From NCBI RefSeq assembly GCF_002310835.1, contig NZ_CP011041.1, positions 2,070,001 through 2,102,000 of the forward strand: DNA of 32,000 bases, read 5' to 3'. Position numbers and translations under genes: made by a program. Positions within the stretch are counted from its first letter, which is position 1, and each line of letters opens with the position of its first letter. This stretch comes from Pseudoalteromonas tetraodonis (GTDB lineage Bacteria; Pseudomonadota; Gammaproteobacteria; Enterobacterales; Alteromonadaceae). The notes below the pieces were generated by a model. That model was given only the letters and a program-made list of their open reading frames with translations, was not told where the DNA came from and ran no database searches. Shown here in pieces: positions 25,473 through 32,000 of this stretch.

Positions 25473-26930
25473 ATGCAGCTAAAATCAGCCTTTATCACTT
25501 TATGCAGTGCAGCGCTTACATTTAGCCTACTGATAAGTGAGCCGTTAAAGGCACAAACCAATCTTCAACTGCCCGACTTAGGCACTTCAGCCTTACAAGC
25601 ATTGCCAATTGAAAAAGAAAAAGCGATTGGTGAAGTGATGATGATGCAGATCAGAGGCTCATCGCCTTTGATTAACGATCCGGTGCTTGATGAATACCTA
25701 ACAACTTTAGGTAGAAAGTTAGTTGCTAACGCCAATGATGTACGTTTTGGGTTTTCATTCTTTTGGTTAAATAATCCCGAAATCAATGCATTTGCATTTT
25801 ATGGCGGCCATGTTGGTGTACACACCGGATTAATAGCCCAAGCCGATAACGAGAGTCAATTTGCATCGGTTCTTGGCCATGAAATTGCACACGTTACACA
25901 GCGCCACTTAGCAAGGCGCATTCAGCAGCAACAAGATAATAGCGGGCTTACCATTGCCGGCATGATTGCTGGTATTTTAGCCGCGGTTGTAGCCCCTGAT
26001 GCCGGTATGGCTATTATTTCAGCCAGCCAAACACAATCAGCTTTCAGTCAGCTGACACATAGCCGTTCTGCCGAGCAAGAAGCAGACAGAATGGGCATGC
26101 AAACCCTCAACAACGCAGGGTTTGATGCCAGAGCATCAAGTGAATTTTTAACTAAACTTGCCGCACAAATTCGTTATAAATATAAACCACCGGCGTTTTT
26201 ACTCACTCACCCTCTTCCTGAAAGTCGTGTGTCAGATGTTCGCCTTCGCGCCGAGCAATACCCTAAACGCCAGGTAAGCTCGAGCCTTGATTTTGACTTA
26301 GCAAAAAGCCGAGTCCTGGCGCGTTACGATAACAAACCCGAAAACGCAGAAGCCTTATTTAGAAAGTTAATGCGCGAAAACACCTATAACAACGTAGCAT
26401 TACAGTACGGCTTAGCTATTAGTTTGCTTGATCAAAAAAAGACGGATGAAGCACAGCCTATACTTGATAAGTTACTAGCAGACGATCCTAAAAACTTATT
26501 TTATATTGATACCAAAACAGATTTACTCATTGCACAAAAAAAAGCCGCAGAGGCTGTTAGTTACTTAAGCGAGCTAAATAATTATCGGCCAAATAACCAA
26601 GTGATCACCTTAAATTACGCCAACGCGGCACTAGAGGCTGAGCAATATGAGTTAGCTGAAAATATATTAAAGTCGTTTTTACTGGAAAAACCCGATCACA
26701 GTTTAGGCAAACAGCTTTTAACTGACGCCTACAAAAAACAAGAAAAATTGGCGGCCTACCATGAAGCCAATGCCGATGTATTATCTCAGTATGGTGCGTA
26801 TTTAAAAGCGGCCGATGAAATACAAAAAGCGCTTAATTTTGTAGAGCCAAGTGAAAATGTTAAGCAACAGCGCTTAAAAGCGTTACTCACACAGTATCGG
26901 TTATTGCAAAAAGAGCTTGCGAGGCTTTAA
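25473..26930 (+). CDS. bepA: Periplasmic M48-family beta-barrel assembly-enhancing protease with C-terminal TPR region
   Basis: Has a signal peptide, the HEIAH zinc motif (GHEIAHVTQRH), a downstream E...ADR, and a TPR-like C-terminal half. Synteny with perM and yfgD/arsC matches E. coli. Confidence 0.85.
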   Translation: MQLKSAFITLCSAALTFSLLISEPLKAQTNLQLPDLGTSALQALPIEKEKAIGEVMMMQIRGSSPLINDPVLDEYLTTLGRKLVANANDVRFGFSFFWLNNPEINAFAFYGGHVGVHTGLIAQADNESQFASVLGHEIAHVTQRHLARRIQQQQDNSGLTIAGMIAGILAAVVAPDAGMAIISASQTQSAFSQLTHSRSAEQEADRMGMQTLNNAGFDARASSEFLTKLAAQIRYKYKPPAFLLTHPLPESRVSDVRLRAEQYPKRQVSSSLDFDLAKSRVLARYDNKPENAEALFRKLMRENTYNNVALQYGLAISLLDQKKTDEAQPILDKLLADDPKNLFYIDTKTDLLIAQKKAAEAVSYLSELNNYRPNNQVITLNYANAALEAEQYELAENILKSFLLEKPDHSLGKQLLTDAYKKQEKLAAYHEANADVLSQYGAYLKAADEIQKALNFVEPSENVKQQRLKALLTQYRLLQKELARL

Positions 26931-26984
26931 GTCTTTAGTGAGTTCACCTAAAATAGCCACAATTTATACTTTGGATGTATTTTT

Positions 26985-27332
26985 ATGTCAGTTACTATTT
27001 ATCATAATCCGCGTTGTTCAAAATCACGCGAAACCCTTAACCTATTACAAAGTAAAAACATTGAACCGAGTGTTGTTGAATACTTAAAAACACCCCTTTC
27101 TCATGAGCAAATTAGTACCTTAGTTTCTCAACTTGGGTTTAATTCGGCACGAGATTTGATGCGCATCAAAGAAGAGCAGTACAAAGCGCTTAATTTAAAA
27201 GATGAAAACAGCGAGTCAGTGCTTATTGATGCCATGGTCAATCACCCAAAACTAATTGAGCGCCCTATTGTAGTAAATAACAATAAAGCCGCCCTAGGTC
27301 GCCCGCCTGAAAACGTATTAAGCGTTCTATAA
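26985..27332 (+). CDS. arsC: ArsC-family (glutaredoxin-type) arsenate reductase / YfgD-like
   Basis: Carries IYHNPRC11SKSRETL and conserved Arg positions (LMRIKE, IERPIV, LGRPPE). 115 aa. Confidence 0.85.
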   Translation: MSVTIYHNPRCSKSRETLNLLQSKNIEPSVVEYLKTPLSHEQISTLVSQLGFNSARDLMRIKEEQYKALNLKDENSESVLIDAMVNHPKLIERPIVVNNNKAALGRPPENVLSVL

Positions 27333-27886
27333 TGAGCACAACCATCGTGGTGCTGTATCACTCAAGCCATGGCTCAGTAGAGGCTATGGCGCATGAGATT
27401 GCAGAGTCAATAGAGCAACAAGGCGCAACCGCATTACTGCGTACTTTTGTGGCCAAAAACCCGCATGACATTGTGATCAGTAAAGATGATTTAGTTGCCT
27501 GCGACGGGCTTGCATTTGGTACGCCGACCCGCTTTGGCATGATGGCCTCACAAGCAAAAACGTTTTGGGAAACCACCAGCGATCTTTGGCTCAAAGGCCA
27601 ACTTATTGATAAACCTGCCTGTGTGTTTTCATCATCAAGCAGTATGCATGGTGGCAATGAAGCAACCCTACTCAATTTGTCATTGCCTTTGTTACACCAT
27701 GGGATGATGTTGATGGGCGTACCTTACGATGTACCTGAGTTGCTCGGCACCGAAACAGGAGGAACACCTTATGGCGCCTCTCACGTTGCAGGTAGCAATA
27801 ACAGCTCAACCCTGAGTAAGGATGAAATTAAAATATGTCAAAGCGTAGGAAAACGCCTGACTCAAGTTGCGAGTAAACTTAAATGA
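27332..27886 (+). CDS. Flavodoxin-fold NAD(P)H:quinone oxidoreductase (WrbA-like)
   Basis: The flavodoxin-like N-terminus is IVVLYHSSHGSVEAMA; also FGTPTRFGMM and GGNE. The start shares one base with the arsC stop (TAATG). Confidence 0.8.
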   Translation: MSTTIVVLYHSSHGSVEAMAHEIAESIEQQGATALLRTFVAKNPHDIVISKDDLVACDGLAFGTPTRFGMMASQAKTFWETTSDLWLKGQLIDKPACVFSSSSSMHGGNEATLLNLSLPLLHHGMMLMGVPYDVPELLGTETGGTPYGASHVAGSNNSSTLSKDEIKICQSVGKRLTQVASKLK

Positions 27887-28335
27887 TTCAAGCAAGCGAG
27901 CCTGCTAAAAAACCGATTACCATTAAATTTCAGCGCCTAGCCTTATTTGGTTATATTGGTCTGCTTATTTTAATGCCGTTATGGATGTTTGTATTAGCCC
28001 CTAGAGACGGCCACAGTAACACCTTTCTTTTCTTAGTGTATGTATTGCCACTATTACTGCCATTAAAAGGCATATTACAAGATAAAACCTACACCTATGC
28101 GTGGGCTAATTTTATTGTTATGTTTTACTTTATTCATGGCTTTACATTGCTGTGGGTCGCACAAGATGAGCTTATATGGGTATTGCTTGAGTTATTATTT
28201 GCCTCATCTATGTTTATTGGCTGTACTTATTATGCGCGCCATAGAGGGCAAGAACTTGGGCTTAAAATTCGCAAGCTTAAAGATGAGCTCGCTGAAGAAA
28301 AAGCCGCACACGAGCACGATAAAAACAATCCGTAA
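27883..28335 (+). CDS. Small integral membrane protein (DUF2069-like)
   Basis: Has 3-4 hydrophobic helices and the motif LPLLLPLKGILQDKTYTYAWANF. It overlaps the wrbA-like stop in an ATGA arrangement. Confidence 0.6.
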   Translation: MIQASEPAKKPITIKFQRLALFGYIGLLILMPLWMFVLAPRDGHSNTFLFLVYVLPLLLPLKGILQDKTYTYAWANFIVMFYFIHGFTLLWVAQDELIWVLLELLFASSMFIGCTYYARHRGQELGLKIRKLKDELAEEKAAHEHDKNNP

Positions 28336-28352
28336 TAAATACCCTACAATGC

Positions 28353-28380
28353 AAAAACGCGCTAATTAGCGCGTTTTTTT
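28353..28380. terminator. Bidirectional Rho-independent terminator
   Basis: AAAAACGCGCTAATTAGCGCGTTTTTTT is a perfect palindromic GC-containing stem flanked by A5 and T7. It lies 18 nt from each of the two convergent stop codons. Confidence 0.8.
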
Positions 28381-28398
28381 GTAGCAAAATATTAACTT

Positions 28399-29736
28399 TT
28401 AAACTAACTCGCTTAAAGCTGCCAGCCCCACAATACAGGCTAAACCTAGTTGTGCAACAAGACTAAAAACAGACATCATTCGTATTAAAAACAATCCCCA
28501 TGGGTGTTTTACATGCGGATACAATGAGCAACGCTTTAAGTTCGTTGCAAAGAAAAAACACACCACCGCCGTCATGGTCATAAAAAGAGTAAGCTCACTT
28601 TTTATAGTGATGTTTTCATCAAAAAAGAAAAATAACTGTAGCGGTAATAATAAAGCCACAACCGCATGTAGCACATGCACCTTTTTAATTCGCTCTAGCT
28701 GCCCCTCTGGCGATAACTCTTTAATACCAAAGTCACGCTCAAGGCACTTAACTAAGTTGCTGGCTTTTATACTAACCGCTAATCGGTAACAACTTAACCC
28801 CTCGTTATTTCGCGCTCTAAAGTCATACCCTGCTTTGAGCAGTAAAATCATTAACGATTCGTTTTTACTTATCACCGCGTAATGCAGCGCCGTATTACCT
28901 TGGCCGTCTACCGCTTTTTTATCTTGGTACTGCAGGAGTGTTTCTACTAAATTTACGTAGCCTTTTTCTGCCGCCCACATAAATGCTGTTTTATTATCTT
29001 CATCGGTTAAGGTGCCCGTGGCGCCTTGCTCAATAAAGCGCATTGCCATGGTTTGCTTAGCTTTTTTCTTGTTTAAATGCGCAAGTAAGGCATTTTCTAA
29101 AAGCACAATAGAGTCAACATCAGGAGACACCTGAGTTAACAAAGTAAAGTAATCTTTGCCAGCAGCCACTTTTTCGCTGGTCAGCTCTGCTAAGTGGTCA
29201 ATATCAGCAATCGACTGGGGAATATGCGCACTTAAACGCTCTCTAAAATCGACCTCTTTCCAAATAGCTAAGGTATCTGCAGCAGAGAGCTTTGCACCTT
29301 GCTCTAGCGCATGCTCTATCAGAGTAAAAAAGCGTTTACTAAAAAATAAGCTATTTAAAGAAAGTGGCGTTTCAATGTTATTTTGTGCCGACACACTTGC
29401 ATACTTTTCAAGTCGCTGACACAGCATTAGCACAATATTTTCTATGCTGTAATCATTGGCAAAATAATGCTCTTTCAGTGCAGCAATATACTCTTGTGCG
29501 TTTTCATCATATTCAGAAATATGCTGAAAATAACACTCTTCAAATGGCTCTAAGGGGGTTAACCAGGTTAAATAATAAATTGGGGGTAAAACAGTAGTGC
29601 ATACACCATTATCTTCTTCAGTAGAGCGACAGGCGGGCCAAGCTTCTAAAGCATCTAAAATGAAGGCACCGTTTTGTTCAACCAGCCCTTTGACCAGTAA
29701 CGGGTATTCCTTTGGCCAAATTAGTACATTTTCCAT
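28399..29736 (-). CDS. Ankyrin-repeat protein with C-terminal transmembrane anchor
   Basis: About three ANK repeats (DNKTAFMWAAEKGYVNLVETLL / DGQGNTALHYAVISKNESLMILLLKAGYD / NNEGLSCYRLAV...). These follow a ~230-aa N-terminal region with no recognisable motif. They are followed by 3-4 hydrophobic helices (VLHAVVALLLPLQLFFFF..., LFMTMTAVVCFFFA..., LFLIRMMSVFSLVAQLGLACIVGLAAL). Confidence 0.8.
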   Translation of the reverse strand: MENVLIWPKEYPLLVKGLVEQNGAFILDALEAWPACRSTEEDNGVCTTVLPPIYYLTWLTPLEPFEECYFQHISEYDENAQEYIAALKEHYFANDYSIENIVLMLCQRLEKYASVSAQNNIETPLSLNSLFFSKRFFTLIEHALEQGAKLSAADTLAIWKEVDFRERLSAHIPQSIADIDHLAELTSEKVAAGKDYFTLLTQVSPDVDSIVLLENALLAHLNKKKAKQTMAMRFIEQGATGTLTDEDNKTAFMWAAEKGYVNLVETLLQYQDKKAVDGQGNTALHYAVISKNESLMILLLKAGYDFRARNNEGLSCYRLAVSIKASNLVKCLERDFGIKELSPEGQLERIKKVHVLHAVVALLLPLQLFFFFDENITIKSELTLFMTMTAVVCFFFATNLKRCSLYPHVKHPWGLFLIRMMSVFSLVAQLGLACIVGLAALSELV

Positions 29737-29882
29737 TAAAACAACACAACTCCAGTGTAGCTCGGGTGAGTAGTCAGTTATAACAGTATTTAGCTGACAC
29801 CACGCTTAATCAAAGAAGCCAATATTCTACCACAGCTAGGTAGCCAAGCTAGCGTAAACTCATGCAATATAGGCCAAAATAC

Positions 29883-29918
29883 AAAAGCAGCTAACGACAT
29901 ACGTCATTAGCTGCTTTT
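29883..29918 (-). terminator. Terminator hairpin downstream of the MlaC-like gene
   Basis: AAAAGCAGCTAACGAC-ATA-CGTCATTAGCTGCTTTT forms a 13-bp stem with 1 mismatch. A T-rich tract follows on the minus strand. Confidence 0.65.
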
Positions 29919-29945
29919 AGGTTGGAGCTGTTAATTGCAAAAGTA

Positions 29946-30539
29946 CTAACTTTGCTGAAGTTCTGCTGTGACTTGGTCTAATCCCACATCAGAAATACGT
30001 TGAATGATCTCTTTTTGCTTAGCACTGAGCAACGAAATTCCCTCTGCAACAATATCGTATACCTTCCACTGATTGTTATTACCTAAACGCAATTTAAAGT
30101 GCAAATCAATGGTTGGCTTATTCGGTTCAATAATTTGCGTTTTAACCGTAGCAAATTTAGAGTCGCTTGCAGCAGCGTCTTGCTCAAATATTACATCCTG
30201 CCCTGTGTACTTCATAAGCGCACCGGCATAAGTCCCTGTTAAGTAATGCTCTACAGCATTAATAAACGCAACACCTTGGTCGCGGTTAATACCTTTAATA
30301 TGCTTACCTAATAATTTAAAAGACACAAACTTAACATCAATATGTGGCATTAAACGCTGCTGAACAATTAACGACATGGCTTCTTTGCTGGCATCGCCTT
30401 TGGCATTTACCTGTCCAATATCGTTAAATAATGATTCTGCTACAGTTTGCAATAACTGCTTAGGTGATGGCTGCGTTTGTGCATACAAAGCGCTACTGAA
30501 AAAAACAGCAATAACCACTAAAAGCTTTATAAGTTTCAT
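29946..30539 (-). CDS. MlaC/Ttg2D-family periplasmic phospholipid-binding protein (orphan copy)
   Basis: Has a signal peptide. WKVYDIVAEGISLLSAKQKE and GLDQVTAELQ align with E. coli MlaC [20 protein letters not shown] / GIDGLTAQLK. No mlaFEDB genes are adjacent. Confidence 0.85.
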   Translation of the reverse strand: MKLIKLLVVIAVFFSSALYAQTQPSPKQLLQTVAESLFNDIGQVNAKGDASKEAMSLIVQQRLMPHIDVKFVSFKLLGKHIKGINRDQGVAFINAVEHYLTGTYAGALMKYTGQDVIFEQDAAASDSKFATVKTQIIEPNKPTIDLHFKLRLGNNNQWKVYDIVAEGISLLSAKQKEIIQRISDVGLDQVTAELQQS

Positions 30540-30595
30540 AAAAAATGCATAGTTTAAATAATTAATTTAAGCGTAATTTACGCAAATAACAGGCA

Positions 30596-30631
30596 ATAAA
30601 AAAGGCATAAATAAGCAACTTATTAATGCCT
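30596..30631 (-). terminator. Orphan terminator-like hairpin + T7 run upstream of the MlaC-like gene
   Basis: On the minus strand AGGCATTAATAAG-TTG-CTTATTTATGCCT (13-bp stem, 1 mismatch) is followed by TTTTTTT. No annotated minus-strand gene lies upstream of it. Confidence 0.4.
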
Positions 30632-30785
30632 AATTGGCACCAATTGAATTAATTAAATAAATTCAATTGGTTAAATAAATCAGTTAACAAGCCATATACA
30701 AGCGGCTTTTTGTCCTCATTGAAAACACCAATTCACCGCCCTTATTATCCCTTTACTATTTTGACTTAAACCCTAGTTGGCAGTT

Positions 30786-31322
30786 ATGAAAACCTCATAC
30801 AACAGACTTTTAGTTCTTGTTTTTACCCTGTTTATATTGGCTACCAAAGCCGCTTATGCATCCTCTAACCATGGTTATGCCGTCGATCTTTTAAAAGGAG
30901 AAGGCAATGTAACAGGGGCAAAGCTTGCGTATCAATATCACCCTCAAGGAATGCAAAACTTTGTTGGCGATGCTCGTTTTTATTTAGAAAGCAGCGTTAA
31001 CGTGTGGCAATACCGCCATGATCAACAATCACAATCCAACGTAGTCTTGGCTGTGTCACCGGTGGTGCAATTTCCAGCATTTAGTGTATACAACACCCCC
31101 TTTTATGTAGAGGCTGGCATTGGTTTTTCATTACTTGATGAGCGCTATTTTGCTGGTAAAAACCTAAGTACTCACTATCAGTTTGAAGATAGGATAGGCC
31201 TAGTGGCAGATTTTGGTGAAACTAATGTAGCGCTGCGAATTATTCACTATTCAAACGCCGGGTTTAAAGCGCCAAACCCAGGCATTAACTTTTTAACGTT
31301 ATCGGTGGCACAACGGTTTTAA
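30786..31322 (+). CDS. PagL-like lipid A deacylase / acyloxyacyl hydrolase outer-membrane beta-barrel
   Basis: Has a signal peptide (LVLVFTLFILATKAAYA), an alternating beta-strand pattern, the catalytic-type motif IIHYSNAG (His-x-Ser), and a C-terminal ...AQRF. I prefer ATG 30786 over the tracked TTG 30777. Confidence 0.7.
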   Translation: MKTSYNRLLVLVFTLFILATKAAYASSNHGYAVDLLKGEGNVTGAKLAYQYHPQGMQNFVGDARFYLESSVNVWQYRHDQQSQSNVVLAVSPVVQFPAFSVYNTPFYVEAGIGFSLLDERYFAGKNLSTHYQFEDRIGLVADFGETNVALRIIHYSNAGFKAPNPGINFLTLSVAQRF

Positions 31323-31407
31323 TTGCTTATTTACAGCCCTAGAGAGGATTGCAGCTTTTATTTAAAGTGGTCATAATTATCGCTTAATAAAAAATAAGAG
31401 CATCGCA

Positions 31408-31557
31408 ATGCAAATTTGGCAAATCGTACTCGTTATCGTGATTGTACTGGCTATTGTTATCGGCAATTTAGTACTGCTGCGTTTAAGTGCAAAAAGCGAG
31501 TTTAAACCCTCAGCACCACGCTCATCTGCGCAAAGCAAAGAAACAAAAAAGCCCTGA
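31408..31557 (+). CDS. Unlisted 49-aa small membrane protein (DUF2897-like?)
   Basis: ATG 31408 ... TGA 31555-31557 encodes MQIWQIVLVIVIVLAIVIGNLVLLRLSAKSEFKPSAPRSSAQSKETKKP, one TM helix plus a basic tail. An AAGAG sequence lies 8 nt upstream. A strong terminator follows. It is below the ORF-track length cut-off. Confidence 0.45.
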   Translation: MQIWQIVLVIVIVLAIVIGNLVLLRLSAKSEFKPSAPRSSAQSKETKKP

Positions 31558-31575
31558 ATAGTCAGGGCTTTTTTT
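31545..31575. terminator. Bidirectional Rho-independent terminator
   Basis: AAAAAAGCCCTGA-ATAG-TCAGGGCTTTTTTT. The TGA stop of the small ORF lies inside the stem. The terminator also sits 17 nt downstream of the convergent minus-strand gene. Confidence 0.8.
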
Positions 31576-31591
31576 CGTTTAAATGATTGTT

Positions 31592-32000
31592 CTAGCCAAC
31601 TAACCAGTGTGCCATTAAGGCAATAACTGGCAAGGTTACTAAAGTTCTGAGAATAAAAATAACAAATAACTCAAAAATATTAACCGGTATTTTACTACCT
31701 AATAAAAGTGCGCCCACTTCAGACATATAAATAAGTTGCGTTACACTCATTGCCGCAATAATAAAACGTGTTACATCGCTTTCAATTGAGCCTGCGGCTA
31801 AAATAGACGGAATAAACATATCTGCAAATCCCACCATAATCGTTTGCGCCGCCATTTCGGCTTCAGGTATTTGTAGTAATTCTAAAAATGGAATAAACGG
31901 CATACCTAAATATTGAAATATTGGCGTGTACTCAGCAATAATTAAAGCAAATGTACCCACAGCCATTACCACAGGTAATACTGCAAACACCATATCAAAT
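31592..32000 (-). CDS. Polytopic membrane protein, C-terminal part (YjiH / nucleoside-recognition 'Gate' domain-like); 5' end outside the window
   Basis: The frame remains open past the tracked Met to the window edge (…FDM…). The sequence is hydrophobic and helix-rich (FADMFIPSILAAG..., VIFILRTLVTLPVIALMAHWL). The family call is tentative. Confidence 0.45.
   Translation of the reverse strand, partial: FDMVFAVLPVVMAVGTFALIIAEYTPIFQYLGMPFIPFLELLQIPEAEMAAQTIMVGFADMFIPSILAAGSIESDVTRFIIAAMSVTQLIYMSEVGALLLGSKIPVNIFELFVIFILRTLVTLPVIALMAHWLVG

Noticed and set aside
28097-28369. 90-aa alternative-frame ORF inside the DUF2069 gene, plus antisense ORFs at 27358-27675, 28574-28789 and 29156-29597
   Set aside because: They sit within or opposite better-supported genes. 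None has a start context or a recognisable motif.
30777-30785. TTG start for the PagL-like gene as given by the ORF track
   Set aside because: An in-frame ATG three codons downstream (30786) gives a canonical signal peptide start (MKTSYNRLLVLVF...). The TTG adds only MAV and has no better ribosome-binding context.
1-32000. Search for CRISPR arrays, tRNA/rRNA genes, IS transposases, integrases, toxin-antitoxin pairs and known defence-system genes
   Set aside because: I found no regularly spaced direct repeats and no tRNA-like T-arm or acceptor signatures. No ORF carries DDE/tyrosine-recombinase or nuclease/ATPase defence hallmarks. The small adjacent gene pairs present (receiver+PilZ, TusA-like+PerM) have clear non-TA signatures.

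Overview
The window looks like a chromosomal segment from a low-GC marine gammaproteobacterium. Gene content and protein sequences look Alteromonadales/Pseudoalteromonas-like, but that is inference only. I support about 30 protein genes and see no rRNA, tRNA, CRISPR array, transposase, integrase or prophage genes. Most of the window is housekeeping: rlmI, hrpA, iaaA-like, pgi, zwf-pgl, and the perM / bepA-arsC(yfgD)-wrbA-like-DUF2069 neighbourhood. Small signalling modules are interspersed: Hpt -> receiver-HD-GYP, and a receiver + PilZ pair. Three regions deserve attention. (1) 10.1-16.1 kb holds a TonB-dependent receptor, a flavin 'tryptophan-halogenase-like' enzyme, a cryptic 2OG/Fe(II)-oxygenase-like protein and a SapC-family protein. 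Two related LacI-type palindromes (ATGACAGCGCTGTCAT and TGACAACGCTGTCT) tie them together; they look like NagR-type boxes. The module recurs in other genomes, but I know of no biochemical assignment for its non-transporter members. (2) 21.0-24.7 kb encodes a single 751-aa polypeptide that fuses a class-V cysteine desulfurase, a persulfide-dioxygenase-like metallo-beta-lactamase domain with a variant metal motif, and a rhodanese. It lies downstream of a TusA-like gene that is translationally coupled to a PerM/AI-2E-family transporter. (3) 28.4-31.3 kb holds an insulated ankyrin-repeat membrane protein, then a divergent orphan MlaC-like / PagL-like pair separated by a palindrome-rich spacer with an orphan terminator-like hairpin. 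A 173-bp element bounded by perfect 15-bp inverted repeats sits downstream of hrpA. All functional calls come from reading motifs by eye; no database search was possible.
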